From Scyliorhinus canicula (taxonomy: Eukaryota): DNA of 64,000 nucleotides. Positions 11,794 to 22,638 of this stretch are shown one piece after another (within the stretch, counting starts at the first letter, position 1; each line of letters begins with the position of its first letter). The position numbers and the translations under genes were made by a program. Below the pieces are notes generated by a model. It was not told where the DNA came from and did not search any database. It worked only from the letters and a program-made list of their open reading frames with translations. Location: assembly GCF_902713615.1 (NCBI RefSeq), contig NC_052147.1, positions 166,884,410-166,948,409 of the forward strand, in the 5' to 3' direction.

Positions 11794-11959
11794 CCATAGA
11801 CATAGCTGTGTGCTCGGCAGAGTTCTCCACACTTTCTGTGGAGTTGAGTACAAGAAATTCACGTATGCAGCTCCAAAAGCATTGTTTCGAATCAGCACTT
11901 GAATAGTAAACCTGTCGGCATCTAGTTTAACACCTTCAGGCAGCTTGAAATTATGATAG

Positions 11960-12130
11960 TAATTAATAATAATAATTACCTATTGTCACATGTCGGCTTC
12001 AATGAAGTTAATGTGAAAAGCCCCTAATCGCCACATTCTGGCACCTGTTCAGGGAGGCTGGTACGGGAATTGAACCGGCACTACTGCCATTGTTCTGCAG
12101 CTGTTTAGCTTACTGTGCTAAACCAGCTCC
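11960..12130 (-). mobile_element. SINE fragment with a second tail type (..gtcacatgtcggcttcaatgaagttaatgtgaaaagcccct..)
   Basis: The same tail family recurs at 26620-26770 (-) and 62292-62552 (+). Confidence 0.6.
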
Positions 12131-13030
12131 TAATTAGGGCTACTATTGTTGTCTAAGGAGAGTCTGACTGAGGCACCAACACTAAAAATGCTCCATTAAG
12201 GCTAGCAGCTGGAATATGCTGCAGGCAAATTAAATATTGACCAACTCTCAGATTTAGAATGTCACCAGACTGATCCTATGACTTTAGAGAAAATTGCTTC
12301 CAAGGACCCTTGATTATCTACAGGTGTTGAGTGAAACATTTAGAAGAGGTCCTCCGTATAACTGGGTGACAAACACACAACTGGGAAGTGACAGCAAAAC
12401 TTATGAGGACTGAATGGAGTTATATTGGGGGTTATGGAAGAGGTTTCCCATTGTCTTGCCAATCAGGGGTCTGGCAGCAGAGCCATGGTGAATTTTTAAG
12501 GTGTGCAGTGCAATAGTGTAGGGGGTGGAGAGTTGGTGGTCGGATACTCCATGACTGATGCCTACTGTAAAGGACTAGATCGCCTTCTGGTTTCCCATGC
12601 TCCTCTTCCACCTTAGCATATTGATTAGCTCAAGAGTTACCCTGTGATTGTGGTATTCTATGAGCCTTGACTTCCCCTTCTAGATACACCGTTCCTGTCT
12701 TTTTGTGTTATTCAAAATTGGGAGAGCATTACCTGAAATACCAATGGTCTCTGGCCCATGGACCAGAGGTTTTGCCAGTTGGTGATGCAGGAACTGCGCT
12801 AACGGTATAAGTAGTATGGCTGGGCCAAAGTCCTAGAACTGCCTTCCTAACAGCACTGTGTGTGTACCTATACCATGTGCACTGCAGCGGTTCAAGAAGG
12901 CAGTTTACCACCATCTTCTCAAGAATAATTAGGAATGAGAAATAAATGGTTTGCCGACAATACCACATCCATTGAAAGGATTTTAAACAACGATATTTAC
13001 CACATCAGTTGAATAATGAAGAGTCGTAAG

Positions 13031-13547
13031 TGTCATGTGAGAGTACCTTTAAGAAATGGATGTTTAAGTAATGTACCTTTAAGAAAATATGGATGTCAGA
13101 GTGTGGGTGGAGCTGGGCTTCAGCTCGGCCATTTTGAAGTTTTTAGTTTCAGTTTGAGAGAGCAGCTGGGAGTGTCCGTGTGTTTTGCTGAGAGCTGCAG
13201 GAAGGAAAAGAGCTGGTCTGGTGATTTCTTCAATGCCAAAGACTATAAATATATTGAATGTAACCTGTTGTGCTCCAATTTTTGAAGTGCCGAAGTCTTT
13301 TGGATGTTTAAAAGAACAGTTTGCAGGATTGGGTAGTGTATTATTTTCGGGGTTATCTTTGAAGTGATGGATGTTAAGATATCCAATGTTTATTTTAAAA
13401 GGTTAAGTTAAGTTCATGGAATAAACATTGTTTTGTTTTAAAAACGACGTGCCATAATTGTAATACTACACCTGGGGAACAAGCCGTGTGCGTCAAAAGC
13501 AACAATCCATTAAGGGGGGGGGGGGTTGGTTGGACTCCATGATACAT
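13031..13547 (+). mobile_element. LTR-like fragment (3'-truncated)
   Basis: Starts TGTCATG, has an internal repeated GTACCTTTAAGAAA and an AATAAA at ~13420. No terminal CA or TSD was found. Confidence 0.45.
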
Positions 13548-15621
13548 TTGTACTGATGCGTTAGCTCAGAGGTAATCACTGTGAATTGGATTTGTGTTTT
13601 CCCATTCACATGTTAGGGTGACCAGTCAGGTCATCCATTTTTTGAAATAAATGGATAGATTTCTAGACTCTAAAGGTATAAAGGGGTCTGGGGACAGTCC
13701 ACAAGTATGGTGGTGAGATAGAGGATCAACCATGATCATATTGAATGGTGGAACAGGCTCGAATTGCCTTACTGCTTACTCCTGCTCCACGTTTCTATGT
13801 TCCTTTGTCAGTGTGGTCATATTATGCATCATGACTTGGTGACTTTGGACTGGGTAAGCTTAGGAGTTTAGATTCAGGCATCAATTCCAACGGTCAGTTC
13901 AATATAGCACTTGGCAGTTAAATATAGCACTTGGGGCGGAGGGGATCAAAGGATATGAGTGGGAAGTGGGATTCGACTATTGCGTTGGATGAGCAGACTT
14001 GATCATAATGAATGGCGGAGCGGGCTTGAAGAGAGAATGGCCTCCTCCTATTTTCCATGTTTTTATGTCAAGTGATCAAATTGGGAAAGTGCAAGGGCCA
14101 GAAGTGGAGGAGCACAAATGTCTTGGACAGTTGTAGAGATGGAGTGAATTACAGAGAGAGGGAGGGGTGAGGCCATGTAGACATTCAAAAACAAACAGGA
14201 TGCTATTGAAATTGAGGTGTTGCAGAGGTCACGTGAAGTGAGTATGGGAGCAGTTGCATTTTCGCGAGTTCTGGCTCTGCCCATTTTTTAATCTGCAAAT
14301 TAATCCTGATGCACGCTTTCTTTGTAATTTCTTGCTTTACGTTGTGTCCTGAGAATTATTTGTCGGTGTTCCTACATGATGGAGCTGAGTTGGAATCTTT
14401 GCTTGTTTGTGGCGACTGGAAGGAATTGGGGTGGCGACCTGCCTTTTGGTGGTGCAGTTGTTTTTGAACAATGATGGAGAGATGTGCATCGACGGATGAT
14501 GGCTGCCAATGGAGGGGTTGTTCTGGCTGAGGATCTCAGCTCTGAGGTACAGGTCATCAAGGCCCAATTCCACGAGTTGCGTGGTGTTTTTATGAAAGCA
14601 ATGGAGACACACAAGGAGGTTCTTGCAATGGAGAGAGCACTGTTCCTGATGGAAGCCTGCCTCTGTATGGTAGCAATTCCTGCTGCATAGCCTGTTGTCC
14701 ATCTTGATAGAGTCAGGAGAGAGAGAGAGAGAGACCGGAAAGGCAAAGGCACAGTTTTCATAAGGGTCTAGTCGCTGGGTGCAGATATCAGACATTGACA
14801 ATGACTAGGTTGAGTGACAGTGGCCCTGAACATTGTAGGAGATGTTCTCATCACCAAAAAGACACTGGTTTGATTGATGCATTCTTTCACTCTGATGTGA
14901 CACCAATCAATGAGCTGGCAGACTTGCAGTGATCAGATGGAGGAGATTCTAGACTGAGCATCCAGCCTTGCAATGGAACATGGATGCAGTTGTCTCAGCA
15001 ACACTACAGGAAGGAATCGTATGTGAACATAGAGAACTGCAGAGAGGCTGCAAAAAGTGTGATTTATTTTATTTCCAGAATTTGATGCTAATTTACATAG
15101 GTGCTTGCGCTCTAACACCCGTGCCCATTCTGTGCAAATAGACTTTCTTAACCTTTCTAACCCTGCCACTAAGTCTCACACAGTGGAGGTGGAGGCAGCG
15201 TGCTGCCTGCCATGCCCTGTTGTCCATGATGACCTTGGCCGACATCCTCTAAATGCCAGAGGTCTGGAAGGCCTTTGCCTGCTTTTGGGGTACTGTTGTG
15301 TGGCAGAGCTATTCTTCCTGCAGTGGGGCTGGTGATTCAGTCGCAAGAAGAGGGGAGTCAGATCGCTGGCACTCCTGGAGTCGCCTCGGTGGATGACTCT
15401 GGGGTACTCACCAGCTTTGCCTCCTCACTCTGGGTTCTCGAGGGTTCCTGACATTCGTCTTAGTACAGAGAGGCAGCTGGAGTGAGGTTGAGAAGCCTCA
15501 TTGTCCTCTGGTGTTGGCACTCGCGGATGCCCCCAAGCACCTGTGTCATGGAGTGCACGCCCTGTGGCATAGAGTTCATGACCTCCACCAGTGCAGGACA
15601 GAACTCTCCCACCAAGGTGTC

Positions 15622-16234
15622 TGTAATATCCTGATAGATGTGTAGCCACCAGGTAGAGTAATGAATGAAGGCTTATGAAAGTAAGAAACTATATACAGAC
15701 AGTGCGATAAAACCTATCCTGCTGTAAGACTCCTAAACTCCCAACTGAAGTGTTGGCTAGTGTAGACTTGAGAGATGAACAGACACTTCCAACACTGATG
15801 AACGTTCAACCCAATTTTATTAACTACTTCTAACTAACTAACACCCAATGACTGTGGGTCTAAATGATGCTAACTTAAACTACAGACCTAAGCCTTGTCC
15901 GAACCAATTGATTCTCTCAGCACATGTTGTAAGTCTGTGCTGGGCTGGATGAGTTCTTGTTACACTCAGAGGCAGCACCCAGAATGAGCCGGAACCGTGG
16001 TGCCCTCTGCCTTTATGGTGTGTGTATTCTAACTGGTGATTGGCTGCGGTGTTTGTACCTGTTGCTTGGTCCCTGTGTGTGTCCATCAGTGTGTCTCTGC
16101 ACCATGATATACTGGTGTATATTATGACACCAACTAACTGGGAAACCCTACGGGTCACATGATCCGGCCCCATTATCTGTTTGGGTCATATGACACTCCA
16201 GGAAGTCGCCCTATCAAAGGGGCATTATACTACA
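15622..16234 (-). mobile_element. Probable short solo LTR hosting a second solo LTR
   Basis: TG...CA ends (TGTAATATC...TACTACA) flanked by GTGTC/GTCTC, a 5-bp duplication with one mismatch. Confidence 0.45.
15746..16129 (-). mobile_element. Solo LTR (384 bp)
   Basis: TG...CA ends and a perfect 5-bp TSD CCAAC (15741-15745, 16130-16134). A second copy of identical length lies at 48544-48927. Confidence 0.88.
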
Positions 16235-17222
16235 GTCTCCACTGCGTCTGCCACCTCGGTGTTGACCTGGCTGCCTTGGAATATTGGCACGATCTGCCAG
16301 GATTCCTCCATTCTGACTTTGAATCTGAGGAGTGAAGTTGCTATCCCTTATTGATGGTCCCAGCTTAGCATCTGGGGCTGCAGCAACTGAGGCACGACCA
16401 AGTCCAGAGACACGTCAGCTGACTGGGCATCAGAAGATTCCTGGCCTCCAACAATCCTCTGAGTGCTGGCATCCCTGCCTCTGCCTGCTGTGGTGTGAAG
16501 GTATGATGTTCTCACCTGATTGTGGCGCCTAGGCTACTCCAGAAATAAATCCCTCTGTGGTTTTAGCCTCTGCATTAGTGGAAGCTATGGATGAGAACTG
16601 TGATGCCTCTACAATCTCTACTTCCGAGAATTAAACGGGGCTGTGTTCTGAAGTGGACTCCTGTGTTCTGACTACTGGAGGTACAGGGCACCTCCCTGAT
16701 GTGTGTGCAAGAGAAGGAAGATGTAACTTGTGCATGGCAGGAGCATAACTAGAGAAGAGACAAGACTCATGTTAGCTTGATCTGATGGATGGTGGTGTAT
16801 TGGGTCCTCACTTCATTTTTGGGCTCCCACTTCACCCTTGGTGCAGGAGCGGTCGAGTTCCCCCCCCCCAGGCCAGCTGGAGAGCTCTATCCTCAAAACT
16901 TTGAATGGGCTCTAAAGTCGGGCATTCCTCCAACCATCTAGGATCTCTCATTTTTATTGTGAACCAGCTTGTTCAGCATGCAGGCAGATGGAAAAAGTGT
17001 AAGCCAACCGCGTACCAGGGCTAATGGGGAGAACGTGCAGACTCCGCACAGACAGTGACACATACGGGGAATCGAACCTGGAACTGTGAAGCAACAGTGC
17101 TAACCATTGTGCTACCATGCCGCCCACGGTATCCATATCAGATATCATTGAATGGCGGAGGAGAATCGATGGGCTGAATGGCCTTATTCTGCTCCTATGT
17201 CTTATGGTCCTATGGTCTAGGC

Positions 17223-18620
17223 AGTGTATTTAGACCCTAAATACTCCACACTATCAGACAGTGTATACAGATCCTAAACACTCCACACTATCAGACAGTG
17301 TATACAGATCCTAAACACTCCACACTATCAGACAGTGTATACAGATCCTAAACACTCCACACTATCAGACAGTGTATCCAGATTCTAAACACTCCACACT
17401 ATCAGACAGTGTGTACAGATCTTAAACATTCCACACTATCAGTGTTATTTTTTTATTAATTTATGGGTTGTGGGTGTCGCTGGTTAGGCAAGCATTTATT
17501 GCCCATCCCTAGTTGCCCTCCAGAAGGTGGTGGTGAGTTGCTATCTTGAACTGCTGCAGTCCTTCAGGTATAGGTACACCCACTATGCTGTTAGGGAGGG
17601 AGTTCCAGGATTTTGCCCCAGTTATAGTGAAGGAACGGCGATATATTTCCAAGTCAGGGTGTTGAGTTACTTGGAGAGGAACCTCCAGGTGGTGGGATTC
17701 CCAGGTATCTGCTGCTCTTGTCCTCCTAGATGGTAATGTTCGTGGGTTTGGAAGGTGTTGTCTAAGGAACCTTGATGAGTTACGGCAGTGCACCTTATAG
17801 ATGGCGCACACGGCTGCCATTGTTCAATGGTGGAGGGTTTGAATGTTTGTGGAAGGGGGAGCTGCTTTGTCCAAGTTGGTGTTAAGCTTCTTGAGTGTTG
17901 TTGGAGCTGCACTCATCCAGACAAGTGGGGAGTATTCCATAACACTTCCGACTTGTGCCTTGTAGACGGTGGACAGGCTTTGAGGGGTCAGAAAGTGAGT
18001 TACTTGCCGTAGGATTCCTGGCCTTTGACCTTCCCTGGTAGCCACAGTATTAACGTGGCTAGTTCAGTTTAGTTTCTGATCAATGGTAACCCCCAGGATG
18101 TTGATTGTGGGGGCGATTCAGCGATGGTAATGCCATTGAATGTCAATGATTAGATCCTTTCTTGTAGGAGATGGTGATTGCCCGGCACCTGTGTGGCAGG
18201 AATGTAATTTTCCACTTGCCAACCCAATCCTGGATATTGTCCGGGTCTTGCTGCATTTGGACATGGATTGTTTCATTATCTGAGGAGTTACGAATGGTGC
18301 TGAACATTGGGCACTCACCCGCAAACATCCCAACTTCTGACCTTATGATGGAAGGAAGGTCATTAATGAATCAGTTGAAGATGGTTGGGGCTAGGACACT
18401 ACCCTGAGGAACTCCTTCAGTGATGTTCTGGAGCTGAGATGATTGTGTATACAGATTGTAAACACTATACACTATAAGGCATTGTATACAGAATCTACAG
18501 AGTCCAAACTATCAGTGCATACAGATCCTAAACACTCCACACTCTCAAACAGGGGATACAGATCCTAAACACTGCACAATATTAGTGTCTACAGATCCTA
18601 AACACTCAACATTATCAGCT
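17223..18620. repeat. 37-bp minisatellite (AGTGTATACAGATCCTAAACACTCCACACTATCAGAC) split by a LINE
   Basis: Six units from 17223 (starts at 17223, 17260, 17297...) to ~17444, then about five diverged units at ~18444-18620. Confidence 0.85.
17445..18443 (-). mobile_element. CR1/L2-group LINE 3' fragment
   Basis: Minus-strand RT C-terminal motifs (LSTVYKAQVGSVMEYSPLVW; LRQHLPNPR) with an A-rich tail at ~17445-17460. Confidence 0.8.
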
Positions 18621-18634
18621 GGTGTATGGATCGT

Positions 18635-20330
18635 GTAAGACATAGGAGCAGAATTAGGCCACTCAGCCCATCGTCTGCTCCACCATTCAATCATGGCTGA
18701 TATTTCTCTCATCCCCATTCTCCTGCTTTCTCTCCATAACCCCTGATCCCTTTATTAATCAAGAACCTATCCATCTCTGTCTTAATGACATTCAGTGATT
18801 TGGCCTCCACAGCCTTCTGCAGCAAAGAGTTCCACAGATTCACCACCCTCTGGCTGAAGAAATTCCTCCTCATCTCTCTTTTAAAGGATAGTTCCTTTTG
18901 TCTGAGATTGTGTCCTCTGGTTCTAGTTTTTCCTGCAAGTGGAAACATTCTTGTGGGCAGCACGGTAGCATTGTGGATAGCACAATTGCTTCACAGCTCC
19001 AGGGTCCCAGGTTCGATTCCGTCTTGGGTCACTGTCTGTGCGGAGTCTGCACATCCTCCCCGTGTGTGCGTGGGTTTCCTCCGAGTGCTCCGGTTTCCTC
19101 CCACAGTCCAAAGATGTGTGCAGGTTAGGTGGATTGGCCATGATAAATTGCCCTTAGTGTCCAAAATTGCCCTTGGTGTTGGGTGGGGTTACTGGGTTAT
19201 GGGATAGGGTGGAGGTGTTGACCTTGGGTAGGGTGCTCTTTCCAAGAGCCGGTGCAGACTCGATGGGCCGAATGGCCTCCTTTCTGCACTGTAAATTCTA
19301 TAATTCTATGATCCTCTCCACGTCCATTCAATCCAGGCCTTGCAATATCCTGTATGTTTCAATATGATCCCCCCTCATTCTTCTAAACTCCAACGAGTAC
19401 AGACCCAGAGTCCTCAACTATTCCTCATATGACAAGATTCCAGGGATCATTCATATGACTCTCCTCTGGACCCTTCCCAAGGTCAGCACATCCTTGTTTA
19501 GATACGGGGTCCAGAATTGCTCCTATCTGCCGACTGTACCTGCACATTAACCTTGGGAGAATCATGAACAAGGACTCCCAAGTCCCTTTGTGTTTCTGAT
19601 TTCCTAAGCATTTCCCCATTTAGAAAATAGTCAATGCCTGCATTACTCCTTCCAAAGAGCATAACCTCACACTTCTCCATATTGTATTCCATCTGCCACT
19701 TCTTTGCCCACTCTCCTAGCCTGTCCATGTCCTTCTGCAGCATCCCCCCTGCTTCCTCAATACTACCTGTCCCTCTACATATCTTTGTATCATCTGTAAA
19801 CCCAGCAACAGTGTCTTCAGTTCCATCTTCCAGATCATTAATGTATATTGTGAAACGTTGTGGTCCCAGCACCGACCTCTGACCCACTAGTCACCGGCTG
19901 CCATCCTGAAAAAGACCCCATTATCCCCATTCTCGACCTTATGCCTGTCAGACAATCCTCTGTCCATGCCAATATCTTACTTTCAACGCCATGGGCTCTT
20001 AACCTATTTAATAGTGTCCTGTGTGGCACCTTGTCAAATGCTTTCTGGAAATCTAAATAAATCACGTCCACTGGTTCTCCTTTGTCCAACTTCTTTGTTA
20101 CCTCCTCAAAGAACTCTAACAGATTTGTCAGACATGACCTCTCTTTGACAAAGCCGTGCTGACTCAGTCCTATTTTTTCAAGCACTCCGTGATCTCATCT
20201 TTAATAATGGACTCTAAAATCTTACCAATTACTGAAGTCAGGCTAACCGTCTTATGCCTCCCTCCCTTCTTAAACAACGGTGTTACATGAGCCACTTTCC
20301 ATTCCTATGGGACCCTTCCTGCCTCCAGTG
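18635..20330 (-). mobile_element. Decayed CR1 LINE (RT region to 3' end) with a nested SINE
   Basis: QHGFVKERSCLTNLLEFFEE, YLDFQKAFDKVPH, FTDDTK and FFSQRVVNLWNSL occur in several frames. Confidence 0.9.
18955..19312 (+). mobile_element. V-SINE inserted into CR1
   Basis: GGGCAGCACGGTAGC head, GGTTCGATTCC B-box, V core and ATTCTAT tail. Confidence 0.9.
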
Positions 20331-20540
20331 ATTGTGTAAGCTAATATTTTCCCTTCATCAAGATGAAACTGACTAGCTTGTAGCTGCTCATTTTCACAGA
20401 GATAAACATTTATAAATTTCCAGACCTCTGGCCCCTTTCCCTTATCTAAGGATTATTGAACGCATATGGACAAGAGATTTCTATTGATCTACACAAAAAT
20501 TCAAAATAATTGAAAAGCATGATTGTCAATAAGAGGCCAT

Positions 20541-20546
20541 TTTATT
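20541..20546 (-). terminator. Polyadenylation signal of gene 2
   Basis: TTTATT on the plus strand reads AATAAA on the minus strand, about 50 nt after the stop. Confidence 0.7.
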
Positions 20547-20593
20547 ATTTTCAAGTAAATGTTAGCAAAGTAAATCAGGTTTGTAAAGACAGT

Positions 20594-22275
20594 CTAGAAA
20601 TCTCTCATGCGTCTGAAAGAACCGATAGTTGAATTGTAGCCACCCCAGTCACTGTATCTCTTGTATTCACCGGGTCTCATGAAGTACTGTCGGCCTCTGT
20701 AGTTGGGATGTTCATAGAAGGTCCAGTAACCGTCCATCACATGGGAGGAGTGGATGTCACGGTAACGGAAACGATCGTAGACAGATGGACAGTCATCCAT
20801 GAATTCCATCATCTGTCCTCCAAAGTCAGGCCTCTCGTAAATCCTCATCTTATAGTTTCCACCTCGGTACTGCAATAGAAATGAAAGCATATTTGTGATG
20901 AGAATTTAGAAAAATGACCTTCTGTTCTGCAGGGACGATATGAAGAGTTGCAGTTGATTTCTAAACAATGGAGTTCATTATCTTTTGAATAATTTCCTCT
21001 GAATCTCCCCTTCAAATGGTTCCAGAAAAATGCTGAAATCTTTTGTGAGGTAAATTCAGGATGGATTCCAGTTGGTCCAAACGGGGGGAGATTTTTCTGA
21101 ATGTGAAAGTTCACTTCTGTTACACATTGTGATGTGTAGTCTTTCCATCTCACTGAGATTTAAAACACTGTAGTTCAGTTGAATCTCTTTTACTAATACC
21201 CTCCTTTTACAGCCTTGCTGAAAATAATACTTCTACGTTCAAACTGGTCCATTCTAACAACTATGTTTTCAGCTCCATATTGTTAAGTAACTTGAACCAA
21301 TTTCCTCTAATGTGTCTGCATTTTGGACGTGAAGCAATTTATAATGATATTATTACATTCTATTAAATCTTTGATCCCACGGCATTCATATTTAAAGCTT
21401 CATTAATTATAGATAGAAGGACAATAATTAGTATCTGTTCCCATTTCCCAAATAAGAGTATTTTGATGCTCCTTGCACAACATCGAACATACAGTGCAGA
21501 AGGAGGCCATTCGGCCCGTTGAGTCTGCACCGACCCACTCAAACTCTCATTTCCACCCTATCCCCACAACCCAATAACTCCTCCTAACCTTTTTTGGTCA
21601 CTAAGGGCAATTTAGCATGGCCAATCCACCTAACCTGCACGTCTTTGGACTGTGGGAGGAAACCGGAGCACCCGGAGGAAACCCACGCAGACACGGGGAG
21701 AATGTGCAGACTCCGCACAGACAGTGACCCAGCAGGGAATCAAACCTGGGACCCTGGCGCTGTGAAGCCACAATGCTAATCACTTGTGCTACCATGCTGC
21801 CCATTAGCAAAAACAGCTGAAGGGTTTCCTCAGTCTATACCGACAAACTCAACGGCCCAATAACTTATCATTTTCAACTCATCCATCCCGGTTATATATA
21901 AAAGTCATCAAAGGTAACTTACATATGGGTAGGTACGACATGACCTGATATTGTCATTGAATCCCATCCAGCGCTGGTAGTCAGGATATTCTCCCCTGCT
22001 CAGAACATACTGGTATCCCATGTAATTGGGTTTCTCATACATCACCCACCAGTCACTCATGACACGCATGGAGTTACAGCGGCTGAAGTAAGGGGACAGG
22101 TCAGCACAGTCATTACTGCACTCATAGTGCCGACCCTGGAAGTTCCTGTCCTCGTAAAAGATAATCTGTGAAAAGAGACAAAGCCTGAAATTAATAATTT
22201 CTCAAATCAGGAGATACATTGAAAGAAAAATTCTAATTCTATACATAAACTCTGAGTTCTCCTTGCCTTGCCCAT
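20594..22275 (-). CDS. Gamma-crystallin (shark gamma-crystallin S-1-like), gene 2; 3 exons, 175 aa
   Basis: Exon 1 22267-22275 (MGK, GC donor), exon 2 21923-22165 ([20 protein letters not shown]...[10 protein letters not shown]...SCRTYPY), exon 3 20594-20869 ([18 protein letters not shown]...RRMRDF*). Reading frame is intact, with TATA and poly(A) signals present. Confidence 0.95.
21477..21802 (-). mobile_element. V-SINE in intron 2 of gene 2 (absent from the paralogous intron of gene 3)
   Basis: Full head, core and tail. The flanks align with uninterrupted gene 3 intron 2 at ~61150-61170. Confidence 0.88.
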
Positions 22276-22330
22276 TTTGAGTTCACCGTTAGTTTTGGAA
22301 TTGAATGTTTCAGTGCTTCACACCGTTTGG

Positions 22331-22420
22331 TATTTATATGCTGGATAGAAAGACCTCTGTCGGCTGTACTTTGTTATTCTAATGAGTCATTGCTGAAAAT
22401 CAGCAAAATTGAACAAAACG
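22331..22420 (-). promoter_or_regulatory. Gene 2 promoter: TATA, Sox, AP-1 and MARE-like palindrome
   Basis: TATAAATA 22331-22338 (-), AACAAAG 22369-22375 (-), TGAGTCA 22383-22389, TGCTGAAAATCAGCA 22391-22405. Confidence 0.7.
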
Positions 22421-22638
22421 CCTGTTGTATTCATTGCAGTAAAACACCTGAAAGATGCCTGATGTGTTAGTGATTCTTTCCCTTCTGATTGTCATTTCAC
22501 TTTCATTGTCATTTGAACAAAATATTTCTGGAACAGTCCCGGCTCCGAATTCTCCCAGATTTGCTTAATGAGCCGGTTTATTTGAAATAACAAATAGAAG
22601 AATAGAAAGTAATGCTGTGGAAAAGAGCGACTGGCTGT

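Larger units (their letters stand above)
15130..16985 (-). pseudogene. Decayed Harbinger accessory (Myb/SANT-like) gene remnant interrupted by LTRs
   Basis: Minus-strand remnant KLVHNKNERS*MVGGMPDF at ~16920-16975 parallels the TGGGPPELRPL-type segment at ~52500-52560. Highly degenerate. Confidence 0.35.

Noticed and set aside
14337-14801. 154-aa and 129-aa minus ORFs and a short coiled-coil-like plus ORF
   Set aside because: No recognisable domain or splice context. Possibly a decayed LINE ORF1 remnant, but this cannot be supported.
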